Source: Bacilli bacterium (GTDB lineage: Bacteria; Bacillota_I; Bacilli_A; RFN20; CAG-826). Taken from it: a stretch of 64,000 nt of DNA. Where the stretch lies: the NCBI GenBank assembly GCA_045597865.1, contig JAZLKX010000052.1:192001-256000 (forward strand), in the 5' to 3' direction. The first letter of the stretch is position 1, and each line of letters opens with the position of its first letter. Both the position numbers and the translations under genes were made by a program. Under the pieces are notes generated by a model. It was not told the DNA's origin. It saw only the letters and a program-made list of their open reading frames with translations, and ran no database searches. Shown here piece after piece: positions 56,775-64,000 of the stretch.

Positions 56775-57377
56775 TTATTCAAGGAATCTGGAGATTCCTG
56801 ATAGACCGTCTGTAGGATCGTCAATCGTATTGATGTTGTCAAAGTAGTCAAGGCCGCTAACCATTCGTTTTTCATTTTCACGGATTTGGTTCAAACTCAA
56901 GATGATACTGTTTGTAGCAAGCTGGGTAACAAAAGCAAAAGCACTCGTGCCACGAGATTCATCATAACGGTTAATGTAATTCAAAATACAGATAAGAGCG
57001 TCCTGAATAATATCATCAAGATCTTCTGGATTGCGTAATGATGTTCTTAGCTTGAATGAATTGATACGGCCATTGATAATCAATAGGAAGTATTCGCACA
57101 TTTCATTCTTAATCTTTTCAAACTCAAGATCAAACTTTCGGCGTTCTTCCGGAGTAAATTCAGCGTATCGTTTTTGTAGAGCTTCAATGGTCTTAACTTT
57201 ATTGACAATGAACTCTTTACCTAGCTTAAACTTTTCATCAGTTACCTTTTGGTTTAAATGCTTGTTGCTCAAGCGCTGCAAGTACGCTGCGCACCAGTCA
57301 CCTTTATCGTTTATGTTAAGGTTATTGTATAGATTTATAACCTCCCTAAGTCTAGCATTATTTACATAATCAGCCAT
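56775..57377 (-). CDS. Late-transcription sigma factor (T4 gp55)
   Basis: YVNNARL, DIIQDALICILNYINRYDESRGTSAFAFVTQLATNS; agrees with the many TATAAATA promoters. Confidence 0.85.
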   Translation of the reverse strand: MADYVNNARLREVINLYNNLNINDKGDWCAAYLQRLSNKHLNQKVTDEKFKLGKEFIVNKVKTIEALQKRYAEFTPEERRKFDLEFEKIKNEMCEYFLLIINGRINSFKLRTSLRNPEDLDDIIQDALICILNYINRYDESRGTSAFAFVTQLATNSIILSLNQIRENEKRMVSGLDYFDNINTIDDPTDGLSGISRFLE

Positions 57378-57407
57378 GATATATTTCTCCTAATTTTTCC
57401 TGTTTAA

Positions 57408-57443
57408 AATATAACAAAAAATGGGATCTTGTACAGATCCCAT
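57408..57443 (-). promoter_or_regulatory. Terminator hairpin overlapping an early-type extended -10 upstream of gp55
   Basis: ATGGGATC/GATCCCAT hairpin with a minus-strand T tract; minus-strand TGTTATATT matches the early-promoter -10; -35 is weak. Confidence 0.5.
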
Positions 57444-57467
57444 GATTTTTTTCCGAAGTACTTAATG

Positions 57468-58364
57468 CTAATGTCCGTGGTATTTAGCCGAGTACTTGGA
57501 CTGCATAGCAGCGGACTGAGCCTTGGCTTTTGCCTCTTGTTTCTGCATTTCCTCGTTTTCTTCCTTAACCATGGCGTTAGTGACATCCTGAATCATTTCA
57601 AGTTCAGGCCATGACGTATCGTCTGGAATATAGCAGCCAACATACTTCGTTACACGCAGTATTACGTTGATAATGTTACGAATGTTCATTTGACCAAAAA
57701 GACCATCATCAGTAATGACAAGTAACATATGATTATTGCGGCCACAGTTTTTACATGGGAAATCAAATTCCAAATTGAAACCAGCTTTATACTGACTGCA
57801 AATCGCCGATAAGTAAGCATAATCATAAGCATTTAGGTTCAATACATATTCAATTGGATTTTCCACGCGTAGCATACGGGCAATGAACTCAATCTCCTTG
57901 TCTTCATATACAAGGTCCAGATCTTTAACTGTTGCCATTTTTAAAGTTAGCACCTGTCTGCTTTTGGGTAGGAACACATCAGTTGGCGGCGCTGATAGCT
58001 GCAACACTGGAATATCGTCTAATAACAGTTTCTGCGTAAAAGTAGACCCACAGTTCTGACACTTGATGTTGAATGTATATCCATTTTCTTTCATAAATGA
58101 GTTTGCGCGTAGCCAGAATGCCAAGTATAGTCTATCGCATAATAACAAATCTTCAATTGGAAATGTCATATAGAAGCAACGGTCAATAATTTCATTGATA
58201 ACTGCAGTCGCTGTATATTCATTCAATAGCGCCAGAAACTTAACATCCTGAACAGTTAGAAAGCGCCCCTTGATTACTGTGCCCTCAGGATATAGCAAGC
58301 CACGGCTTGGCAGATCATTCAGGTCAACCTTTAGATAATTGTATTTACTATCTTGCGTTAGCAA
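57468..58364 (-). CDS. Baseplate hub assembly protein, gp26-like (paralogue 2) with a gp51-like C-terminus
   Basis: LPSRGLLY, DRLYLAFWLRANS, CQNC, LPKS, CKNC. Confidence 0.78.
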   Translation of the reverse strand: MLTQDSKYNYLKVDLNDLPSRGLLYPEGTVIKGRFLTVQDVKFLALLNEYTATAVINEIIDRCFYMTFPIEDLLLCDRLYLAFWLRANSFMKENGYTFNIKCQNCGSTFTQKLLLDDIPVLQLSAPPTDVFLPKSRQVLTLKMATVKDLDLVYEDKEIEFIARMLRVENPIEYVLNLNAYDYAYLSAICSQYKAGFNLEFDFPCKNCGRNNHMLLVITDDGLFGQMNIRNIINVILRVTKYVGCYIPDDTSWPELEMIQDVTNAMVKEENEEMQKQEAKAKAQSAAMQSKYSAKYHGH

Positions 58365-59010
58365 AGTTCACTCCTATTGTCCCGACAAAAACACCGCCCG
58401 GACAGGCTACTGGTGTAACTGGAATTGGGTCACCTATTGCTGGTGTTGGCACAGGCGGTATTGACTTTACTGCGTTCAACAATAAAGTGCTTTCTTGTTC
58501 TAGGAAGGATTCAGGCGTGATAGTGGCGGTTTCAGGGTCTTCTTTCATAGGCGCGCCCATTGCCTTGGCCCACGCAACTAATGCTCTTCCAGCCAGCTTA
58601 AAATGCGACGTAACCAAGGCTGGAATCCCCTGCCCACCAATCAATGCAGGAACAGCAATTACTTTACTAAAGTTCATCGCTATCTTCGTCCCCACCAAGT
58701 CAAACAAGTTCTCGAAGCTCTTTTCAGCGTCACCGCACCACATAGCACCCTTTACTTCCATCAAAGTAAAACGAAGCATCTTAGGTACGAAGTAGCCAGC
58801 CATCGGCACAGTATATGGAATAGTGACGCCTACGGGCGTAATGCAGTTTCCATTGACATCTAAGCACGGCTGCATAAGTGCAGTCTCCAGTTCCATCATC
58901 CATTCATTCAGCGCTTCCGTCGTAGCCTTCAAGTACCATTCATTATCATCTGAAATACTTTTCGGTGGATTCAGATGTCTTTTCATATGATCGGCAAATG
59001 CCATATTCAC
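58348..59010 (-). CDS. Hypothetical, probably structural protein
   Basis: 220-aa ORF with GAGG SD, co-oriented with TerL-C and the gp26-like gene. Confidence 0.65.
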   Translation of the reverse strand: MNMAFADHMKRHLNPPKSISDDNEWYLKATTEALNEWMMELETALMQPCLDVNGNCITPVGVTIPYTVPMAGYFVPKMLRFTLMEVKGAMWCGDAEKSFENLFDLVGTKIAMNFSKVIAVPALIGGQGIPALVTSHFKLAGRALVAWAKAMGAPMKEDPETATITPESFLEQESTLLLNAVKSIPPVPTPAIGDPIPVTPVACPGGVFVGTIGVNFANAR

Positions 59011-59036
59011 CTCACTTCAAACAAATGTATATATTG

Positions 59037-60140
59037 CTAGTTCAGTCCAGCCCAGAAGTTCTGGTCCGTAATACCCATGCCAAACGGACTGTTACCACCA
59101 AAGTCAGCGTACATCGGCGGCGGCAAAGCGTCATCGTATCTTTTCGCCTCAACGACCTTCAAGCCATCAAGATCAACCTCCGGCTGAGTAAGACAGTAAG
59201 CAGCCCAGTACAAAGCACTAACAAGGTCGTCATGCTTACCTGCGGCGCCTTTGAATACCATCGGCGATACTTCTTCAAATCTAGAAAGCTCGTCAATAGT
59301 ATCGCTGTCAACCAATGTCAAGTGCCCCTTCTCAATCATTGTTTTCAAAATTTTACACGCATCAATTTTCGTATTTCTATCAGCTCGTGTACCCAAGTTC
59401 CCGTGTCTATCCGTACTTACCATATTTCCATCGCCAATGTCGTAGTACAAAGCATCAGCGACACTTCTACCAATATCATTATTCTCAATGACATACAGCG
59501 CGTTATTGTACCATTCACTAATGCTATGAACAACTTCAGCAAAGTCCTCCGCTCGTATCGTATTTCTACGATATACAGCAACTTGCTGATACTTATCCCT
59601 TCCAAATACTCGTATCACCTGAACAACAGAATAGTCACCTGCATTACCCATAGCGCTATCCACTCCCATCACATACATCGCATTCTCGACAGGCTCCTCG
59701 TAGATATTCATATCATAACCATACTTGTACCCCACAGGATCCCTACTCGTCAATCCATCAATAATGTCACCATCTATCAAAGTATCACTAGAACCAGCAA
59801 ACTTACAGTTGTGCGAACTTACTTTATCAGTCAGATACTCCAGTCCTTCTACGTCTACCGGGGTATATACCACATTTTCCCCTATATCAAACAATTCTCG
59901 TACAATAAAATTCCCACTCTCGTTATACAGTTTATCCCCTATATCTAAATCTTTCAATTCTTTCCATATAACGCTTTTTATCCCATTGACCATTATCTCA
60001 ATCTTTACTCTATGATCTTCACTCCCCTCCAATTCAAATGTATTATTGAAATCATCAGTATATAGCATTCTAATACATTTTGCTTGTTTTGTAGAAAATC
60101 CATTGAATTTTCTGAACCCTTTCGCAGTCAAAATCTCCAT
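59037..60140 (-). CDS. terL: Split-intein C fragment fused to the large terminase C-terminal (RNase H-like nuclease) half
   Basis: Intein ending SSHN|C, then KFAGSSDTLI, YVMGVDSAMG..DYS, IENNDIG, HDDLVSA (gp17 nuclease acidic triad). Confidence 0.95.
   Translation of the reverse strand: MEILTAKGFRKFNGFSTKQAKCIRMLYTDDFNNTFELEGSEDHRVKIEIMVNGIKSVIWKELKDLDIGDKLYNESGNFIVRELFDIGENVVYTPVDVEGLEYLTDKVSSHNCKFAGSSDTLIDGDIIDGLTSRDPVGYKYGYDMNIYEEPVENAMYVMGVDSAMGNAGDYSVVQVIRVFGRDKYQQVAVYRRNTIRAEDFAEVVHSISEWYNNALYVIENNDIGRSVADALYYDIGDGNMVSTDRHGNLGTRADRNTKIDACKILKTMIEKGHLTLVDSDTIDELSRFEEVSPMVFKGAAGKHDDLVSALYWAAYCLTQPEVDLDGLKVVEAKRYDDALPPPMYADFGGNSPFGMGITDQNFWAGLN
59808..60140 (-). mobile_element. Split intein C fragment (IntC, 111 aa)
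   Basis: ILTAKGFRKF, block B GSEDH, DLDIGD, block G SSHN with Cys+1 at 59805-59807. Confidence 0.92.
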
Positions 60141-60296
60141 ATCTTATATTTTCCTTATATAAAAACAAAAAACACAATAGTCTATTGAACTATCGTTTCT
60201 CCGTTTTCTCACTTGTTCAATAAACCGTTACCTAGCTGTGCATTACTTGTACACACCTCGTACACATTGGGTTTGCTAAATGTACAACTATCTTTG

Positions 60297-60304
60297 TATT
60301 TATA
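60297..60304 (-). promoter_or_regulatory. Late promoter TATAAATA for the TerL-C operon
   Basis: TATTTATA on the + strand, about 155 nt upstream of ATG 60140. Confidence 0.65.
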
Positions 60305-60579
60305 CCTATATACCACCTATGAAATGAATGAGCTATCTATCTGCTGCTTCTTAAACTATAGGGGTAATAAAGACTGCTGTATGTGCTTTTGAAACGCAGG
60401 GGTACTAAAGAGCTGCATTGCTTGCTTGGGTATCTATACGGCAACCGCAAAACATAATTTAGCTCCGATGATGTCCTCGGAAGAGATCGGAAGCAGCACC
60501 GCGGAAAAAAATTCTTGTCAAGGGTAGACTGACGAAAAATATGAAAAAATGTCTTAAAATGCCGGTGACGCCGTAAACT

Positions 60580-60645
60580 ATGAAAAAATATGAAATTTTT
60601 CCCTATATACCATTGCCAGACCGGCTGGAAATTGTTGTATTATAA
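60580..60645 (+). promoter_or_regulatory. Early sigma70-type promoter repeat 1
   Basis: A/T tract, TATATACCA-TTGCCA (60613-60618), then TGTATTAT. Confidence 0.7.
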
Positions 60646-60668
60646 CTGTTGAAACAATAGAGGTTACT

Positions 60669-60917
60669 ATGATATTTGAAATCAACTTCACCAATGAAAT
60701 TTCCTTTGAAAAGGGCTGGACTGAACTTGAAATGCTTTGCTCTCAGTTGATGGGCGACATGAAGCTCGCCAAGGGCGTTGCGCATTTCGCTATTGTTGAA
60801 CTGGAAGAAATTGACGACACTGTCGCTTTGATGAAGACTTTGAAGGAAATGGCAAATAAGAATATTCACTGGCAGTTGACCGCTAACTGGTGGAATAACA
60901 CTGACGAGGAGGGCTAG
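60669..60917 (+). CDS. Small early hypothetical protein
   Basis: GAGG SD downstream of the promoter. Confidence 0.7.
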   Translation: MIFEINFTNEISFEKGWTELEMLCSQLMGDMKLAKGVAHFAIVELEEIDDTVALMKTLKEMANKNIHWQLTANWWNNTDEEG

Positions 60918-61093
60918 AACTATGTTTCTTTTCGTAATATCCGTTGGTTGGATTTGTATGGGTCTTTTTGCTTTAAGTTGTCCAAATCCTACTTTACAAA
61001 AAATGACAGTCTAATTTGCTTGCTATTCTATTGATTGAATGTGGATGTATTGGTGCCGGTATTGCTCTGTTCAATCTAGTCCAATAGTTTATG

Positions 61094-61152
61094 GAAAAAT
61101 ATGAAATTTTTCCCTATATACCATTTACAAGATCGGCAAAAGATGTTATATT
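61094..61152 (+). promoter_or_regulatory. Early promoter repeat 2
   Basis: TATATACCA-TTTACA (61124-61129)-17 bp-TATATT (61147-61152). Confidence 0.8.
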
Positions 61153-61182
61153 TGAATTGTTGAAATAATTGAGGTACTGAAC

Positions 61183-61347
61183 ATGACTGTTAAGGAATTG
61201 CTTGAAAAACTGAAGAATGCGCCTGAAGACGCTGAGGTCACGATTGGATATGCTCATTTAGGTTATAGAACCACTAAGGATGTTGAGGATGTTGCCTTTT
61301 ATGAACGTCACAACGTTGTTAATCTTATGACAAAGGGTTACAAGTAG
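61183..61347 (+). CDS. 54-aa early protein (MTVKELLEKLKNAPEDAEV...), not in the ORF track
   Basis: GAGG SD; a common small phage protein start pattern. Confidence 0.75.
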   Translation: MTVKELLEKLKNAPEDAEVTIGYAHLGYRTTKDVEDVAFYERHNVVNLMTKGYK

Positions 61348-61383
61348 GAGTTTTGAACTTATCAAAGAACTGGAAGCTCGAAA

Positions 61384-61602
61384 ATGAAAAACTCAAAATC
61401 TGAATATGCATATTATTACGTCGCGTATACTGTCAACGAATATGGTAAGTTAGCCATCGTGCCTAAGTATTTTCATACAGTTGATGCCGCTAAAGAAGAA
61501 ATGAAATTGCACAGTAATTTCTATGAAGAAAAGGGAACAGGCTTTATCTATGGGGTTAAGTTTACGGTTCCTGTAGAAACTGTTTGTGTGTTTCAAAAAT
61601 AA
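61384..61602 (+). CDS. Small hypothetical protein
   Basis: 72-aa ORF in the early cluster. Confidence 0.55.
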   Translation: MKNSKSEYAYYYVAYTVNEYGKLAIVPKYFHTVDAAKEEMKLHSNFYEEKGTGFIYGVKFTVPVETVCVFQK

Positions 61603-61613
61603 GACATAAAACT

Positions 61614-61952
61614 ATGAAGAACAACAAGAAAGATAGGTTTGAACATCATTTGATGGAATATAACCGTAAGAAAATGCAACTACATCAGCGTTATCAAGCC
61701 GATGAAATTACTACTGAAGAATGGCTCGTTCTTTTAAAAGAATTACAGAATGAATACGGCGTTAATAGTACAGGTAAAGACTATGTGAATTTCTGTAAGT
61801 GGTTACGTCTGATCGGCCATAGTAATCATGGAAAGTGTAATATCAAGAACGATCGCAATCGTCGAGTTGTTGGCTACAAGAAAATGGTCAAAAACAAAAA
61901 GCAGAAAGATTTTGACAAGGTTGAAAAGAAACTCCAGGAAGAAGAGGACTAG
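61614..61952 (+). CDS. Basic hypothetical protein
   Basis: Probable ATG 61614. Confidence 0.6.
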   Translation: MKNNKKDRFEHHLMEYNRKKMQLHQRYQADEITTEEWLVLLKELQNEYGVNSTGKDYVNFCKWLRLIGHSNHGKCNIKNDRNRRVVGYKKMVKNKKQKDFDKVEKKLQEEED

Positions 61953-61957
61953 AACTT

Positions 61958-62332
61958 ATGGCTGCAAATAATCCTACATATTTAAACAAAATTCAAAATG
62001 GTACTGTAAATCTTATTCAGCAACAAGGAATTTCATATATCATTTATTCTTTCAAAACAGCTGATCCCTCCGAAGATTGGCCGTATCGCTGGAATAAACG
62101 TAATAAGAATTTTGACTGGTGCGAAATGTCTTTGACTTATAATCAAGTAAATAAAGATATGGCTGCAGCTTTGGCTCAAGATCCAGATTGTCAGATAATT
62201 GCATTTGACCCGTATTACTATCTTGTTGTACGTGATAAGATTGAAACAGACTGCTACAATGCAAATAATCCTGGAGCAAACCAATCTTACATGTATCGTG
62301 AAAATAACGATCCCAATTTTAACTATATGTAA
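61958..62332 (+). CDS. Hypothetical protein
   Basis: GAGG SD, 124 aa. Confidence 0.65.
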   Translation: MAANNPTYLNKIQNGTVNLIQQQGISYIIYSFKTADPSEDWPYRWNKRNKNFDWCEMSLTYNQVNKDMAAALAQDPDCQIIAFDPYYYLVVRDKIETDCYNANNPGANQSYMYRENNDPNFNYM

Positions 62333-62346
62333 AAGGATTAGAACGT

Positions 62347-62604
62347 ATGACTACGCATGAAGAACATCTAATAGAGCTCTTTGAGAAGTCTGAAAAGGAA
62401 TCTATTCCTGGAACAGCGTATTTTGAAGCATTGACTGACTTTGCTGAAATCTGTTTCAATACAGCAAAAGCTGAAGGTAAAGAACTTACCATTGCAGATA
62501 TTCATTCATATATCCACGCAGCGTACCGTGTAGGTTTTGAGCGCGGATATAAGGCTGGACGCGAATACGAGCAGGAACTGAAGAAACTTGATGCTGAAGA
62601 CTAA
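62347..62604 (+). CDS. Hypothetical protein
   Basis: AAGGA SD, 85 aa. Confidence 0.65.
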   Translation: MTTHEEHLIELFEKSEKESIPGTAYFEALTDFAEICFNTAKAEGKELTIADIHSYIHAAYRVGFERGYKAGREYEQELKKLDAED

Positions 62605-62669
62605 AAAAAATGAACTTTTTCATTTTTTCCTTATATACCATTGACAAGTTCTTTTGAAATAGTTATATT
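62605..62669 (+). promoter_or_regulatory. Early promoter repeat 3
   Basis: TATATACCA-TTGACA (62641-62646)-17 bp-TATATT (62664-62669). Confidence 0.85.
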
Positions 62670-62707
62670 TTACTCGTAAAACAAAATAAACAACAACTGA
62701 GGATTTT

Positions 62708-63052
62708 ATGGGTACCTGCAACTTCGCCCGTCACATTGTACGCCGCCAGAATAGCCGTGGCGCCACTGTCTATGCCCATTGGTACAACTTTCTGCGTTAT
62801 ATCGCTGATCATCCGAACTGCACGCGTAAGAGCTGCAGTGACGCTTGTAAACCGGTTAGCTGGTACGATCAGTGGGCCACCAACACCTGGAGCGAAATGG
62901 TAAAGCAGGGGTTCATTAAGAAAGAACGCTGTGGCCGCAACTTCACGTACAGTATCACTCGCGAAGGCTTGACGCTGCTTGATGAATGTGGTATGAAGGA
63001 TTATGACAGACAGCACCCTAAGACAGGTGAAATCGTATATGCTCTTTTGTAA
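62708..63052 (+). CDS. Winged helix-turn-helix-like protein
   Basis: FLRYIADHPNCTRK...WSEMVKQGFIKKER..RNFTYSITREG. Confidence 0.65.
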   Translation: MGTCNFARHIVRRQNSRGATVYAHWYNFLRYIADHPNCTRKSCSDACKPVSWYDQWATNTWSEMVKQGFIKKERCGRNFTYSITREGLTLLDECGMKDYDRQHPKTGEIVYALL

Positions 63053-63077
63053 AGAAAAATCCATTGACGAGGTACTT

Positions 63078-63596
63078 ATGGAATTTGCACGAATGAAGCG
63101 TGCTATTGATATTGCTCAGGCCGTAGCGACACAGTTCAACTGGGAACCGGTTATCTCATACTCCAGTGATAGCAACAGCGTAAAACAGGTGATTTTGTTC
63201 AACCTCAATGGTTGTCCAGAAATCAAGGAATTGCTGACAGAAGCTCGTAGCCTGGCTAGCGGCATGAACACTGAACGTAAAGTCAATGGCAATTATACCG
63301 TGCTTTCAATTTGTCCTGATGACGGCGACTTCAAGATCTCTGAGCTGATCGTAACGAAAGACGCTGCTGTGAAGATGTTCATTGAAAAGTCGCTGGGCCT
63401 TGACCCGGGTGATGTGCTGTGTGACTCTAAGTGGTCAAAATGGACTCAAAAGACTGACGCTGAAATTATTGAATATATGAAGCAGCAGATCGGTAATTTA
63501 CGCGATATCTTCCAGATTGCGAACAAGGTCGCTAAAAAGGTCCGTAAGGAAATTGACATCCAGTTTGAAAGTTTCGCCGGCTGGAAGGCAAAATAG
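63078..63596 (+). CDS. Hypothetical protein
   Basis: GAGG SD before ATG 63078 (start uncertain). Confidence 0.6.
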   Translation: MEFARMKRAIDIAQAVATQFNWEPVISYSSDSNSVKQVILFNLNGCPEIKELLTEARSLASGMNTERKVNGNYTVLSICPDDGDFKISELIVTKDAAVKMFIEKSLGLDPGDVLCDSKWSKWTQKTDAEIIEYMKQQIGNLRDIFQIANKVAKKVRKEIDIQFESFAGWKAK

Positions 63597-63629
63597 GCAA
63601 CTGCTTAAATTTCATTAAAACAGGCAAAT

Positions 63630-63702
63630 ATGAAAAAATATGAAAAAAATTTCAGTTTTTTCACAATATACCATTGCCAAGCTTTGAAATAGTTGTTATA
63701 TT
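63630..63702 (+). promoter_or_regulatory. Early promoter repeat 4
   Basis: AATATACCA-TTGCCA (63674-63679)-17 bp-TATATT (63697-63702). Confidence 0.85.
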
Positions 63703-63782
63703 TTACTCGTAAAACAAAAACAACGCCGCGCTGCGGCAAGCTGGCGCCCCTTGCGCCACCCACTTAACTGAGGTAATCCGAT

Positions 63783-64000
63783 ATGAATATCGCTGATACT
63801 GTTGAAATGCTCAAGGACTTCCCCGCTGAACTCACCCCGATGATCCGTGGCGTACACGGCACTGGTAAGACTGAAGTTATCCGTATGATCTCCAAGGATA
63901 TCTGGGGCATGCGCTGCGTTGAATTGCAGGGCTCCCAGCTCTCCGACGTAGGTGACCTGATTGGCCTCCAGAAGATTATTGAATTTGAGGAAGAAGAAGA
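63783..64000 (+). CDS. AAA+ (MoxR-like) ATPase, 5' part, truncated by the window
   Basis: MNIADTVEMLKDFPAELTPMIRGVHGTGKT (Walker A)...SDVGDLIG; GAGG SD. Confidence 0.8.
   Translation, partial: MNIADTVEMLKDFPAELTPMIRGVHGTGKTEVIRMISKDIWGMRCVELQGSQLSDVGDLIGLQKIIEFEEEE

Noticed and set aside
58965-59948. 327-aa plus-strand ORF
   Set aside because: Antisense shadow of the TerL-C gene; no SD or motifs, and explained by the local base skew
1-64000. Stop-codon reassignment
   Set aside because: Conserved genes are full length in the standard code, and TAA, TAG and TGA all end genes directly before the next gene

Overview
A 64-kb segment of a large T4-like (Tevenvirinae-type) myophage using the standard genetic code. 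Positions 1-60140 hold a rearranged late/virion module: small terminase, portal, prohead core, major capsid, several tail-tube paralogues, baseplate proteins, tail-fibre-like proteins, an amidase, a holin, RegA and a gp55-type late sigma factor, with many TATAAATA late promoters. From about 60580 an early region begins, with repeated sigma70-type promoters and small ORFs. The main finding is that the large terminase is encoded as two genes about 55 kb apart on opposite strands. The ATPase half (3317-4219, +) ends in a 38-aa N-intein and is followed by a Vsr-like homing endonuclease. The nuclease half (60140-59037, -) starts with a 111-aa C-intein. Together they form an atypically split, trans-splicing intein that would rebuild ...QEFA-CKFAGSSDTLI.... 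Other notable items: an unrecognised, highly structured ~290-nt intergenic RNA candidate (6870-7161); a 1956-aa tail-fibre-like protein with about 34 DnaJ-type CxxC motifs and Gly-X-Lys repeats; hairpins that hide the translation starts of two nucleases unless these are transcribed from an embedded late promoter; and a family of probable capsid-targeted proteins sharing an N-terminal tag, one of which looks like an ADP-ribosyltransferase. All homology calls are from recognised motifs, not database searches.
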